DNA of 64,000 nt from positions 5,728,001 through 5,792,000 of the forward strand of contig OZ245742.1 of assembly GCA_965227295.1 (NCBI GenBank), in the 5' to 3' direction. Source of the DNA: Leptonemataceae bacterium. Its GTDB lineage: Bacteria; Spirochaetota; Leptospiria; Leptospirales; Leptonemataceae. The notes beneath the pieces were generated by a model that was not told the DNA's origin, made no database searches, and was given only the letters and a program-made list of their open reading frames with translations. The stretch's first letter is position 1; every line of letters begins with the position of its first letter. This document shows, piece by piece, positions 18,953-29,161 of this stretch. A program made the translations under genes and the position numbers.

Positions 18953-18993
18953 TTGATAATAATCAATGCTCCGCGTCCGTTCTATGGTAGGAT
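18953..18993 (+). promoter_or_regulatory. Crp/Fnr-type box plus -10 element of amine oxidase 1
   Basis: TTGATAATAATCAA (18953-18966) is a perfect TTGAT-N4-ATCAA; TAGGAT at 18988-18993 (preceded by TGn); ATG at 18999. Confidence 0.75.
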
Positions 18994-18998
18994 TCCGT

Positions 18999-20369
18999 AT
19001 GAGCACAATCAGTACGCACACCGTCGTAGTGGGAGCGGGCATCGCCGGGCTGACGGCGGCCCGGGAACTTCAGAAGGCCGGACGCGCCGTTGCCGTGGTC
19101 GAGGCCCGGGACCGCGTCGGCGGCCGCAGCACCGAGGGCAGCCTGCTGGGCCGGCCCTTCGATCTCGGCGGGCAGTGGCTCGGCCCCACCCAGCATCGCA
19201 TGATGAAACTCTGCGCGGAGCTGGGCCTTAAGACGTTTCCACAATACATTAGCGGCAAACAGGTCCTCGAAATGAAAGGACGCCTCAGTCGTTACGCCGG
19301 GGTCATTCCGAAACTGCCGATCTTCTCGCTGCTTTCCCTGGACCGCGCCATCAAAACCATCAACCGTCTCGCCGCCGACATCGATGCGGAACGCCCCTGG
19401 AGCCTGCGCGAGGCCGCGGAGTTCGACAAGCTCACCGTCGAAGACTGGATGCGCTCGAACGTCTTCACGGAGCGGGCCCGGGAGTTTTTGCGCATCGCGG
19501 TGCGGGCGATCTGGTCCGCCGAGGCGAACGAAATATCAATGCTCTTTTTTCTAACGTACATTCGGGCCGCCGGCACCCTGGAAACGTTGGGCGACGTCGA
19601 AGGCGCCGCTCAGCAGGATCGCGTGGAAGGCGGCGCCTTTCAAATCGCCCGGCGCCTCGCCGATCAGATCGGACGCGCACACATCCACCTGCGTCAACCG
19701 GTGCGGCGCATCGAACAAAGCGAAGACGGTGTCTCCGTAATTTGCGATGACCTTACCTTAACGGCGGAACACGTCATCGTCGCCCTCTCACCGATCCTGT
19801 GCCTGCGCATCGACTTTTCCCGCGCCTATCCCACGAAACGCGCGAACCTCAGCCGCCGCATGCCCATGGGTTCCGTAACGAAGGTCATTGTCGCTTACGA
19901 GCGCCCGTTCTGGCGCGACGCCGGTCTCGCCGGCATGGTGGTCAGTGACCGCGGGCCGTTCGGGCCGGTCTTCGACGCCTGCGTGCCGGGGGCTCCGGAG
20001 GGATTCCTCGTGGGTTTCCTGGAAGGCGAGGCGGACCGGGTGTTGGCCCTGCGCACGGAGGATGAACGTCGCGCCGCGGTGGTGGATTCCGTCGCGCGCT
20101 ACTTCGGCCCGAAGGGACGTGAGACGCTCGGTTACGTCGAAAAAAACTGGAGCCTCGATGAATGGAGCGGCGGCTGTTACACGGGGGTGATGCTGCCGGG
20201 AACGCTGAGTACGTTCGGCGAGCACTTAAGAAAACCCTTCGGACGCGTGCACTGGGCCGGCACCGAAACGGCCGTGGAGTGGATGGGATACTTCGAAGGC
20301 GCCGCGGAGTCCGGCGAACGCGCGGCGGCGGAGATTCTGAGCCGCACCGCCGCGACACCGGTGCGCTGA
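18999..20369 (+). CDS. flavin monoamine oxidase family protein
   Basis: VVGAGIAGL, EARDRVGGR, DLGGQW, SGGCY, HWAGTETA, GYFEGAAESGERAA. Confidence 0.93.
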   Translation: MSTISTHTVVVGAGIAGLTAARELQKAGRAVAVVEARDRVGGRSTEGSLLGRPFDLGGQWLGPTQHRMMKLCAELGLKTFPQYISGKQVLEMKGRLSRYAGVIPKLPIFSLLSLDRAIKTINRLAADIDAERPWSLREAAEFDKLTVEDWMRSNVFTERAREFLRIAVRAIWSAEANEISMLFFLTYIRAAGTLETLGDVEGAAQQDRVEGGAFQIARRLADQIGRAHIHLRQPVRRIEQSEDGVSVICDDLTLTAEHVIVALSPILCLRIDFSRAYPTKRANLSRRMPMGSVTKVIVAYERPFWRDAGLAGMVVSDRGPFGPVFDACVPGAPEGFLVGFLEGEADRVLALRTEDERRAAVVDSVARYFGPKGRETLGYVEKNWSLDEWSGGCYTGVMLPGTLSTFGEHLRKPFGRVHWAGTETAVEWMGYFEGAAESGERAAAEILSRTAATPVR

Positions 20370-20993
20370 ATGTACTTGCCGGCTCATCGTCCTCATACTC
20401 TGCTGAGAGGCGAGGACGATGCGGTGGAGTTACTCGAATATTTTGCACGCTTCCAGCAACTCGATGCGGAAGATGTAGAGGCCATCCGGCGCTGTTCGCA
20501 GGAATTCCGCATCCGGCGCGGCGATCACCTCGCGGCCCTGGACGAGGTCGCAAACGATTTCTACTTTCTGCACACGGGCATCGGGCGCTCGTACTATCTT
20601 TTAAATGACCGCGAGGTCACGAGCTGGCTCGCCTTCGAAGGGCAACTCACCGCGGCCTTCGCGAGCATGGTCACCGGCGAACCCACGATCGAGGCCGTGC
20701 AGATGATTGAAGACGGGCACGTAACGGCCCTGAACTACCGCCGCCTGGTGGACGAAGGCGAACGACGACCCAACATTCTAAAGCTTTCGTTGCGCCTGCT
20801 GGAACTGAACTTCCTTCGCATGGAACGACGCGCCTATACCCTTCAGTGCACCTCCGCCGGGGAACGCCTGCGCATCTTACTCGACGATGAACCGCACGTA
20901 CTCGAACGCGTGCCGCATTTCCAGGTGGCGAGTTACCTGGGCATCACTCCGGAAACGTTAAGCAGAATCCGCTCGAAAATGTTTCAGGCCTGA
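20370..20993 (+). CDS. Crp/Fnr family transcriptional regulator
   Basis: cNMP-like N-terminal domain; HTH VASYLGITPETLSRIR; true start may be the GTG near 20424. Confidence 0.92.
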   Translation: MYLPAHRPHTLLRGEDDAVELLEYFARFQQLDAEDVEAIRRCSQEFRIRRGDHLAALDEVANDFYFLHTGIGRSYYLLNDREVTSWLAFEGQLTAAFASMVTGEPTIEAVQMIEDGHVTALNYRRLVDEGERRPNILKLSLRLLELNFLRMERRAYTLQCTSAGERLRILLDDEPHVLERVPHFQVASYLGITPETLSRIRSKMFQA

Positions 20994-22525
20994 GCCGCGG
21001 CGCGTACCCGTTCCAGGATTTCCGCGGCGGATCGTTCACCGGACTCCAGAGCGCCCTCGATGTAGCTGCGCCACTCTCGCGCGGTTTCCGTACCGGCGAA
21101 GTGCACCCGCCCGTGCGGACGGCTGAGCGCGTCGGCGCTACTCCAATCACCGATGCCGCGACGGCCCGCGTATCCACCGAGGGTCAGCGGGTCCGTCGAC
21201 CAATCGTGAGAGAACCCATCGAGCAACGGGGCCCCGGCATCACCGAGGGTTTTGCGCACGGTATCTTCAAAGGCCGTCTGCTTCGTGTGCAGGTCCGCGC
21301 CGATGAGGGCGTCGGCGCGAGGCCCGCCCACGAGCCCGGCCAGGATTCCCGGGCCTGTCTGCCCGGCGTCACTGCGATCCGCCCGCCGGCCGTCGAAGCT
21401 CGTATCGCCCAGATAATCGAAGGCCAGGTCCGTTCCGATGACCTTGCCGCTGAGCCCGCGCTCCCGCCACCAGGGCTTAGCATATACTCCGATGAACTTA
21501 ACAATCCGGCCCCGCTGGAATCCTGCGCTAAGCCGCTTGCGCTCTTCCGGCCAATCCGGCGTACAGCGAATCCCGCCGACCACCGGCGGCGGAACGGCCA
21601 CGATGACGAAGCGCGAGCGAAACGAACCCCGGGGCGTGCGCAAACGAACGCCGGCCCCGTCCTGTACCAGGCCGGAAACGGGATGATGGAACTTCACAAC
21701 GCCCGGCATTTCCGCGCTCATCTTCTCGAAGATCGACATGAGCCCCTCGCGAACGTACATGGCGTCCGCGACTTCCAGGGCCTCTACGCTGCCCCCTTCC
21801 ATCGTGGCGAATTGTTCGAACAACTCGTAGGCGGATACCCGGCTCAGGTCCGTACACATGGCCTGCTCGACGAACGCATCCCAGAACGAGCCGGCCTTAC
21901 CGGACCAGGCCCGTTCCTCGAACCATTGCCGCGCGCTGATGGAATCGAAACGCTTGACCATTACTGGATTGGAGCGGCCGGGCGTAATGTCTCCGGCATG
22001 GCGCTGTAGAAGGCCGGACAGGCGCAACGCATCCAGGCCGGCCCAGAATGAGAGGTCCACGCCGCCGTCATCGAGGAGCACGCGGCGTCCGGCCTGGCGA
22101 CAGACCGTGCTTCCCACGGAATGATTTTCATACGTGGTCAGTCCGTAGCGGCGCACGAGATTCATCAGGCGATCCTGGCCCAGGGCGCCGATCCATTGCG
22201 CGCCGAATTCAATGTGACTGCCGTCGCCCAGATCGCGGCTGAATACCCGGCCGCCCACGCGATTCCGTGCTTCGAGAACGAGCACCCGAAGGCCGGCTTC
22301 GCGCAACGTCCAGGCGGCGGAAAGGCCCGCGGGCCCGCCACCGATGACGATTACATCCGCGTCGAAACGCGAGTCCCGGGGAAGATGGACTGTGCCAGGA
22401 TCGGCCGACGGCGCGGCAGGCGAAGATCGCAACGGTTTGCCCGTGATTGCGACAGCGCCGGTGACGGCCGCGAGTTTGAGGAAGGTCTTGCGATGAAGGA
22501 GATCGGAGCGGTTGCGTTGAATCAT
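20984..22525 (-). CDS. flavin monoamine oxidase family protein with Tat-like signal
   Basis: HRKTFLKLAAVTGA leader; VIGGGPAGL, EARNRVGGR, EFGAQW, HFAGTETA, YIEGALESGERSA. Confidence 0.92.
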   Translation of the reverse strand: MIQRNRSDLLHRKTFLKLAAVTGAVAITGKPLRSSPAAPSADPGTVHLPRDSRFDADVIVIGGGPAGLSAAWTLREAGLRVLVLEARNRVGGRVFSRDLGDGSHIEFGAQWIGALGQDRLMNLVRRYGLTTYENHSVGSTVCRQAGRRVLLDDGGVDLSFWAGLDALRLSGLLQRHAGDITPGRSNPVMVKRFDSISARQWFEERAWSGKAGSFWDAFVEQAMCTDLSRVSAYELFEQFATMEGGSVEALEVADAMYVREGLMSIFEKMSAEMPGVVKFHHPVSGLVQDGAGVRLRTPRGSFRSRFVIVAVPPPVVGGIRCTPDWPEERKRLSAGFQRGRIVKFIGVYAKPWWRERGLSGKVIGTDLAFDYLGDTSFDGRRADRSDAGQTGPGILAGLVGGPRADALIGADLHTKQTAFEDTVRKTLGDAGAPLLDGFSHDWSTDPLTLGGYAGRRGIGDWSSADALSRPHGRVHFAGTETAREWRSYIEGALESGERSAAEILERVRAAAQA

Positions 22526-22531
22526 GCCTTT

Positions 22532-22572
22532 AGTTTACATGATGCAACGCAACCTTCCTTGATGGATGTCAA
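22532..22572 (-). promoter_or_regulatory. Crp/Fnr-type box plus -10 element of amine oxidase 2
   Basis: Minus strand: TTGACATCCATCAA (22572-22559), 21 nt, TAAACT (22537-22532), 6 nt, ATG (22525). Confidence 0.7.
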
Positions 22573-22583
22573 AAACGCCAGGC

Positions 22584-24359
22584 TCAGCCCCGGGCGATCT
22601 TACTCGTCCGCACCAATCGGCCCGGACGCGCGCCGGTAAGCTGATCGTTCTCGATGACCGGCACGCCGGAGACCAGCGTCGCGATGTAACCTTCCACGCC
22701 CTGGAGCAAACGCTGCCCGCCGGCCGGCAGATCCTGGACCATGCGCGGCGCTTTCAAATGCAACGCGTCGTAGTTGATGACGTTGATGTCGGCCTTCTTG
22801 CCGGGCACGAGGACACCGCGATCGCTGTACCCCATATGCGCGGCGGTGTCGTGGGTGATCATGCGCACCGCGGTTTCGAGATCCATCTTCGGTCCGCGTT
22901 CGCGGTCCCGGGTCCAGTAGGAAATCAGATACGTCCAGAACGAGGCGTCGCAAACGGTACCGACGTGGGCGCCGCCGTCCGAGAGCCCGGGGATCGATTG
23001 CGGATGCCGCATCATCTTCAGTACGTTTTCGTAAGAGAACTCGGTGTAGTTGTAGATCGGAAAGTAGATCAGCGCCTTGCCGTCTTCTTTTAACATGGTA
23101 TCGTAAACGAGTTCCAGCGGCGCCATGCCGCGGCCCTTCGCCTGCGCCCCGATACTGCGTTCCATGGGTTGTTCGTAGTCGGGATCCTCGCCGAGCTCGA
23201 ACAACTTAAAGGCGAGTTGGTCAATCTGTGCCAGGAACTTGTCGACGAGCGGCGGAATCGGCGTGCCGTCACCGGCCAGTTGCGCGCTCTTTTCTTCGAT
23301 GATCTTCTTACGCAGTTCCGGATCGCGCATCTTCGCGACGCGTTCGGACAGCGGCAGGCCGGCGATGGCCTGGTAGGACGGCTTGCCCATGAACGGATGA
23401 AACGTGCACTGCAATCCCAGGTTCACGCCGATGGCGCGCGGGGCCACCTGAAACCGGAAGTTCAGACCGCGAGCGTGGGCGTCTTCGCCCTTTTTCAGAA
23501 TGCGCTGCCAGAGATCCGGCCAGAAGTCGCGTTGATTCAACGATAGCGAGAACGGACGGCCGCCGGCGGCGGCGACGAAACGTTCCAGAATCTCGAACTC
23601 TTTGTCGAAGAGTTCGTTGGTGCGCTCCATGTCGAAGTCCGACACCGCCTGGATTACCCCGTAACTTCTGTTCGCAAACACCGAGGCAAGTTCGGTTAGT
23701 TCTTCAATGCTCGCCTCGGAGGCCGGCGTCCAGTTGCCCGAGGCCGAACGATGGACGTCGCTGCGCCCGGTGGTGAAACCCGCGGCGCCGGCGTCCAGGG
23801 ACTCGGCGAGCAAGGCCTTCATTTTCTTGAGGTCGTCTTCATTCGCGGGGCTCTGATCGAGGGCGCGCTCGCGCATGACGTACACCCGCAACGCATCGTG
23901 CGGGACCTGAGCCGCAAAGTCGATGGCGTGCGGCATGGCGTCGAGCGCGTCCATGTACTCCGGGAAACTTTCCCATTGCCAGTTGATGCCCTCGGCCAGG
24001 GCCGCGCCGGGAATGTCCTCGACGCCTTCCATGAGGTCGATCAGCCGATCGCGGTCGTCCTTGTGCACCGGCGCAAAACCCACGCCGCAGGAACCCATGA
24101 CCGCCGTCGTGGTCCCGTGGTTCACCGACGGTGAGAACTGCTCGTCCCAGGAGACCTGGCCGTCGTAGTGCGTGTGCACGTCCACGAATCCCGGCGTCAC
24201 CACGGCCCCGCTCGCATCGATGGTGCGATCCGCGTCGCCGTTCAGGCTGCCGATTTCGGCGATTTTCCCGTCTTTGATGCCGATGTCGGCCGTGTAGCGG
24301 TCTTTGCCGCTGCCGTCGACGATGGTGCCGCCGGTGATTTTTACGTCGTACTTGCTCAT
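22584..24359 (-). CDS. amidohydrolase, N-acyl-D-amino-acid deacylase family
   Basis: PGFVDVHTHYD, MGSCGVGF, SDGGAH, PGKKADINVI; start MSKYDVKITGG with GGGGGAAG SD. Confidence 0.93.
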   Translation of the reverse strand: MSKYDVKITGGTIVDGSGKDRYTADIGIKDGKIAEIGSLNGDADRTIDASGAVVTPGFVDVHTHYDGQVSWDEQFSPSVNHGTTTAVMGSCGVGFAPVHKDDRDRLIDLMEGVEDIPGAALAEGINWQWESFPEYMDALDAMPHAIDFAAQVPHDALRVYVMRERALDQSPANEDDLKKMKALLAESLDAGAAGFTTGRSDVHRSASGNWTPASEASIEELTELASVFANRSYGVIQAVSDFDMERTNELFDKEFEILERFVAAAGGRPFSLSLNQRDFWPDLWQRILKKGEDAHARGLNFRFQVAPRAIGVNLGLQCTFHPFMGKPSYQAIAGLPLSERVAKMRDPELRKKIIEEKSAQLAGDGTPIPPLVDKFLAQIDQLAFKLFELGEDPDYEQPMERSIGAQAKGRGMAPLELVYDTMLKEDGKALIYFPIYNYTEFSYENVLKMMRHPQSIPGLSDGGAHVGTVCDASFWTYLISYWTRDRERGPKMDLETAVRMITHDTAAHMGYSDRGVLVPGKKADINVINYDALHLKAPRMVQDLPAGGQRLLQGVEGYIATLVSGVPVIENDQLTGARPGRLVRTSKIARG

Positions 24360-24730
24360 GACTGCTTCCCCCTCCGCGCCGCCCGCGGAATGAATGTTCA
24401 TACAGGCATGTATGATTCTGCCTGGCAAGCGTTTTTTGTTACAATATTGAAATGCAGGAACTCCTACAAAGGCCGGAGAAACCGGGGCGGAAACTCAGAA
24501 GACGATGTTTTTCTGGGCGCATCGCCGCCAGAGCGGCGACCGGGCTTTCCAGGGCTCCGCTATCGGCCAGTGGGGAACATCTACCGCGGCGCCGACGAGC
24601 GGCGCCTTGCTGGTCCCCGCTTCGCGGTGACTCGCGGCTAACGCCGCGACCCTTCCAATCCCTTGCGCGAAGAGCCGTTAAACTGCGCCTGGAGTTGACA
24701 CACGGGAGCGCAACAGATCATCTCGCGACG

Positions 24731-26326
24731 ATGCACCGCCCCGTCTATCTTGCCGCCGCCGTTCCGGCTCTCATCAAACTCGGCCTGCACCTCTACGCGA
24801 TCCAGGCCTACGGCTACTTCATCGATGAGTTCTACTACCTGGCCTGCGCCGCCCGGCCGGACTTCGGTTACGTCGATCACCCGCCTCTGGCCGCCTGGTT
24901 CCTCGGCCTGGTCGTCACGATCTTCGGCGACAGCCTGATCGCCATCCGCCTGCCCGTCGCCCTGGCCGGAGCGGCCACCGTTTTTCTCACGGGCATCATC
25001 GCCGCACGCCTGTATACGCACGGCGAGGTCGGTCGACCGGGCGCGACCTTCGCGGCCCTGCTGGCGTCCGTCGCCGCGCTGATTGCGCCGATCTACCTGG
25101 GCATCAATAAGTTCTACTCGCCGAACTCTTACGAAATCCTTTTGTGGACCACGGCAGTCTATGTGCTCCTGAATATTCGGCAACAGGATGATGCGCCGGC
25201 CGGCAAAGCCGGCGAACGGCGGCTCCGGGACTGGTTCGCGCTGGGCGTTGTCCTCGGCCTGGGCTTGCAGAACAAACACTCGTTTCTGTTTCTCGGCTTC
25301 GGCATCGCCGCGGGCCTGCTCGTAACTTCTGCTCGCCGCACATTAAAGACGCCCGGCCCGTATCTCGCCGCCGCTGTCGCCGGGCTGATCTTTCTGCCGC
25401 ACCTGCTCTGGCAATTCGCCTACGGCGGGCCGACCCTGGAGTTCATGGCCAACGCCCGGGCCTACAAGAACTACTTCGATCCCGTGGACTTCGTCACCGG
25501 CCAGATCCTGGAGATGCACCCGCTGCTGTTACCGCTCTGGCTCGCCGGACTCGCGTATTTCTTCTTCACCCGGCGCGGCCGGCCGTTTCGATTGTTCGGC
25601 TGGATCTACGTCGCCCTCTTCGCCCTGTTCATGATCACGGGCGGCAAGACCTACTACCTCTCCCCGGCCTATCCGGTCCTTCTCGCGGGCGGGGCGTGTC
25701 TGCTGGCGGGTTGGCTCGCGAATACCGCGCCGACCCTGCGGATTAGCCTCCAGCCACTAACGATTACTCTTATGCTCCTTGCCGGAGCCGTGCTCGCGCC
25801 GCTCAGTCTTCCGTTGCTGTCTCCCGAACGTTACATCGCCTACGAACAATGGCTGGGCCTCGCGCCGCCGAAGCTGGAAAAGAATTCCGGCGGAAAGCTC
25901 CCGCAGCATTTTTCGGACATGTTCGGCTGGCAGGAACTCGCCGCCGGCATGCAGCGCGCCCACGCCGCCGTCGCCGACAACCACGACGGCGATCTTTTGA
26001 TCTTCACCGTGAACTACGGCCAGGCCGGAGCCCTCGAACATCATCTGCCGAAAGATTTTCCGGTACCCGTTCTTTCGGCGCACAACAATTACTATTACTG
26101 GGGACGCGAATTCTTCGCGCAACATCCGGAGCAGGAATTCACGGCCGCCCTGGTGTCGGGCTACAGCGCGGAGCGATTGCGCAAATACTTCGCAGAAGTC
26201 CGCGTCGTGGAAACGGTGTCGTGTGAGTACTGCCGGGAAGGCCGCATCCATTTGAAAATACACTACGCGACGAAACCGAAACAGCCCATGCGCGAAATCT
26301 TCGAACAAGCGCGGCGCTTCATCTAA
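24731..26326 (+). CDS. GT-C fold membrane glycosyltransferase (family 39 / PMT-ArnT-like)
   Basis: FIDEFYY...GYVDHPP motif, GLGLQNK, many TM helices. Confidence 0.88.
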   Translation: MHRPVYLAAAVPALIKLGLHLYAIQAYGYFIDEFYYLACAARPDFGYVDHPPLAAWFLGLVVTIFGDSLIAIRLPVALAGAATVFLTGIIAARLYTHGEVGRPGATFAALLASVAALIAPIYLGINKFYSPNSYEILLWTTAVYVLLNIRQQDDAPAGKAGERRLRDWFALGVVLGLGLQNKHSFLFLGFGIAAGLLVTSARRTLKTPGPYLAAAVAGLIFLPHLLWQFAYGGPTLEFMANARAYKNYFDPVDFVTGQILEMHPLLLPLWLAGLAYFFFTRRGRPFRLFGWIYVALFALFMITGGKTYYLSPAYPVLLAGGACLLAGWLANTAPTLRISLQPLTITLMLLAGAVLAPLSLPLLSPERYIAYEQWLGLAPPKLEKNSGGKLPQHFSDMFGWQELAAGMQRAHAAVADNHDGDLLIFTVNYGQAGALEHHLPKDFPVPVLSAHNNYYYWGREFFAQHPEQEFTAALVSGYSAERLRKYFAEVRVVETVSCEYCREGRIHLKIHYATKPKQPMREIFEQARRFI

Positions 26327-26343
26327 GAAATCATCTCAAAACC

Positions 26344-26760
26344 ATGCATGAGACCCAACGAACATCAGACGGCGGCAGCGCCCGCACACTCTTGATCGCG
26401 GCAGGCATTGCCACGGCGATTGTCGCGCCGATTTGCGCGGCCCTGGTGGGATTGATCACGTTCGCCCTGGCGGCCCTCCCTGCTGCGGAAATCGGCATGG
26501 AAGGCGCCGTCGTCGCCGCGCTGATGGCGCTCTTGATCTTCGCAGGATTGCCGGCCATCGCGCTGGGCTACGGCGTCTTTGCATACCGCGCCGGGCAGTA
26601 CCGGCCGGCGTTCGTCAGCGCCATCATCGCCCTGATCACGGCCGCACTGCCGGCCACGCTGTTGTTCGTGCTGAGTTTCGGCATCGGCCTGTTTTTTACG
26701 CCGGCATCCGAAGAACTGCCGCTACGACCGCCACCGCCGGAATTGCAGGCCCCACCGTAA
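26344..26760 (+). CDS. small hypothetical membrane protein
   Basis: 138 aa with 3 hydrophobic helices; 17 bp after the glycosyltransferase stop. Confidence 0.6.
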   Translation: MHETQRTSDGGSARTLLIAAGIATAIVAPICAALVGLITFALAALPAAEIGMEGAVVAALMALLIFAGLPAIALGYGVFAYRAGQYRPAFVSAIIALITAALPATLLFVLSFGIGLFFTPASEELPLRPPPPELQAPP

Positions 26761-26887
26761 GATCGAACCATATTCAGTTACAACGCCGCTTCGGTTGTCC
26801 GGCCTCAGTCACGCGGCGCGCTTCACAATGGAACGAGGAATGTCCGGGCTATCCGGATGCGGAGTCACCGCACAAAAAGTCCGGAAC

Positions 26888-27979
26888 CTACTCAATGCTC
26901 AGCATCTCACCGGGGCGCGGTTGTTTGTACTCCACTCCGCCCCGCGCGGTGGCCTCTTTCAACAAGCGCATGGGTTCGTCCCAGGCGTGAAAGGCAAGAT
27001 CAAACGTTCCGTAATGTACGGGCAGCATAAGTTTACCGCGCACGTCCTTATGTGCGCGCACGCCTTCCTCGGGCGTCATGTGAATGTTCGGCCACAGCTC
27101 GCCGTATGCGCCGATCTGCATCAACGTGGCGTCGAAGGGACCGAGGCGCTCGCCGATCTCTGCAAAGCCGGGATGATAGCCGGTGTCGCCGCTGTAGTAA
27201 ATACGTTTACCGCCCGCTTTCGTATCGAGAATCGCCCAGGACGCCCATAACGTCATGTTTTCGTCGGTTAAGCCCCGGCCGGAGAAATGCCGCGCGGGCG
27301 TACAGACGTAACGCACCCCATCGATGGTACGTTCCTCCCACCAGTCCATTTCAATGATCTTTTCCGCCGGCACCCCCCAGCCTTCCAGGTGCGCACCGAC
27401 CCCCAGCGGCACGAGAAAGACCTGCGTCTTTTCCGTAAGCCGGATGATGCTGTCCATATCGAGATGATCATAGTGATCGTGGGAGATTACCACGACGTCC
27501 ACGTCGGGCAGGTCCTGGACTTCGATGGGCGTCTTGTGAAAACGCTTCGGCCCGATCCATGAAAACGGCGAAACCCGCAGGCTGAACACGGGATCGATCA
27601 ACACCACGCGACCGGCGATTTCCAGCACCGCCGTGGAGTGGCCGAGCCAGGTCAACCGCGCCACGGCATCCGAACGCCCGGCCCCGAAGTCTCCACCGCT
27701 GCGCTCTTCAACCACCGGGCGTTCGTACTCCGCGGGCTGGCGACGCGTATGTCCTCCGAAGAAAAATTCCCACGCGAGACTCCACTGACTCCGATCCTCC
27801 ACCAACAGCGGCGTTTCGATCTCATTCACGAAGATGCCCGAACCGGTGTCGTAGTTCGGTGAGGCCTGCATGCGCGCCAGGCGCTCCCCATCCGCCGAAG
27901 AACCGAACGAAGAGCAATGCAGCAGGCATACGAAAATCGCGCAGAGGAGCGGGGCGAGACGAAGCAGCGGAGGATTCAT
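26888..27979 (-). CDS. MBL-fold metallohydrolase (NAPE-PLD/RomA-like), probable lipoprotein
   Basis: TWLGHS, ISHDHYDHLD, PARHFSGR, SGDTGY, PVHYGTF; lipobox-like LLHC. Confidence 0.92.
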   Translation of the reverse strand: MNPPLLRLAPLLCAIFVCLLHCSSFGSSADGERLARMQASPNYDTGSGIFVNEIETPLLVEDRSQWSLAWEFFFGGHTRRQPAEYERPVVEERSGGDFGAGRSDAVARLTWLGHSTAVLEIAGRVVLIDPVFSLRVSPFSWIGPKRFHKTPIEVQDLPDVDVVVISHDHYDHLDMDSIIRLTEKTQVFLVPLGVGAHLEGWGVPAEKIIEMDWWEERTIDGVRYVCTPARHFSGRGLTDENMTLWASWAILDTKAGGKRIYYSGDTGYHPGFAEIGERLGPFDATLMQIGAYGELWPNIHMTPEEGVRAHKDVRGKLMLPVHYGTFDLAFHAWDEPMRLLKEATARGGVEYKQPRPGEMLSIE

Positions 27980-28157
27980 ACGACGAAAGTTGGACCACCG
28001 GTCCGAAAGTCAAGCCGACGCCCATCTTCCGAGAAAAAGACGGCAACCGGCAGGTTTGTTCAAAGAATACGGCAATTTTCCGAAAACGCCGACACCTACG
28101 TTCAAGCGGCACACCTTGCGATGTGTTACTTTCCACGCATCACAGGAGGATATCATC

Positions 28158-28688
28158 ATGCAACACACCATCGTCGAACGAATGGGGGCCTACTCGGCCT
28201 ATCACCAGGACGCCCGCTGCCAGGCCACGCACCTCTTCGGCGTACCCATGGTCTTTTATGCCCCGCTGATCCCGCTCGCCTGGCTCAGCGCGGACCTCGG
28301 CGGCTTTACCGTAACTCTCGGCGCCGTAATCTTAGCGGCGATTCTGATCTGGTACTTCACCCTCGACGCGATCTTCGCGACGATCATGACCCTGGTATCC
28401 ATACCCGCCGCCTACGCCGCGCACCTGGCGGCCGCCCTGCCCTGGCAGCAAGGGCTCGCCATTTTTCTCGCGATCAAGCTCGGCGGCTGGGCCATTCAAC
28501 TGGTCGGCCACGCCTACGAGGGACGGCGCCCGGCCCTGGCCGACAATCTCACGCAATCGCTCATGGGCCCGCTCTTCGTCGTGGCGGAAATCACCTTCGC
28601 CCTGGGCTTCCGGAAAAAACTCAAGGCCGCCGTGGAAGAGCGCGTGGAACAGCACGTCTTCCCGGAACAACAAGCCGCACAAGCTTAA
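28158..28688 (+). CDS. DUF962 / Mpo1-like membrane protein
   Basis: YSAYHQD...THLFGVP, WAIQLVGH-x-YEGRRPAL; CAGGAGG SD before ATG 28158. Confidence 0.88.
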   Translation: MQHTIVERMGAYSAYHQDARCQATHLFGVPMVFYAPLIPLAWLSADLGGFTVTLGAVILAAILIWYFTLDAIFATIMTLVSIPAAYAAHLAAALPWQQGLAIFLAIKLGGWAIQLVGHAYEGRRPALADNLTQSLMGPLFVVAEITFALGFRKKLKAAVEERVEQHVFPEQQAAQA

Positions 28689-29161
28689 TCTGCGCGAGAC
28701 TTAAGAATCGCAAAGGCGTCGATGATCGCATCCCGGAACGCGCCGGAGTGGAGCAGCACCGCTCTGACGTGTCCGGCATCGACCCAGCGCAGTTGCGACC
28801 CCGGCCAGTGTTCGTGGAGGCCCTCGGCCGTATCCGGCGGGACGTACTCGTCGTGACGGCCGGCCGGCGCCTTCGTCCGGCGCAAATCCGGAACGTCCAG
28901 CAAATCGCTCACGAACTCCCGCGCATCCACGTCCGCCCGCAAAGTACCGCGCACGTCCGCTTCCAACGCCTGCCAGTCCAGCCCCGAACTCAAAACGCCG
29001 CGCAGGTACGCCGGGGCCGGTCCGTAGGGCGCCAGACACGGAACGATGGCCAGAGGTTCGTCCACCCGCGGACCGACGGAGGCGGCCATACTGCCGCCCA
29101 TGCTCACACCAGTAACTCCCAGGTGTTGAATGTTAGCGTGGCGAAGCCAGGCGAGGGGTGC
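28685..29161 (-). pseudogene. 5'-truncated alpha/beta hydrolase (ABHD18/DUF2048-like)
   Basis: Frame reads LAWLRHANIQHLGVTGVSMGG (nucleophile elbow), then DEYVP and DAGHV. An in-frame TGA at 29164-29162 closes the frame, and there is no N-terminal half. Confidence 0.7.
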
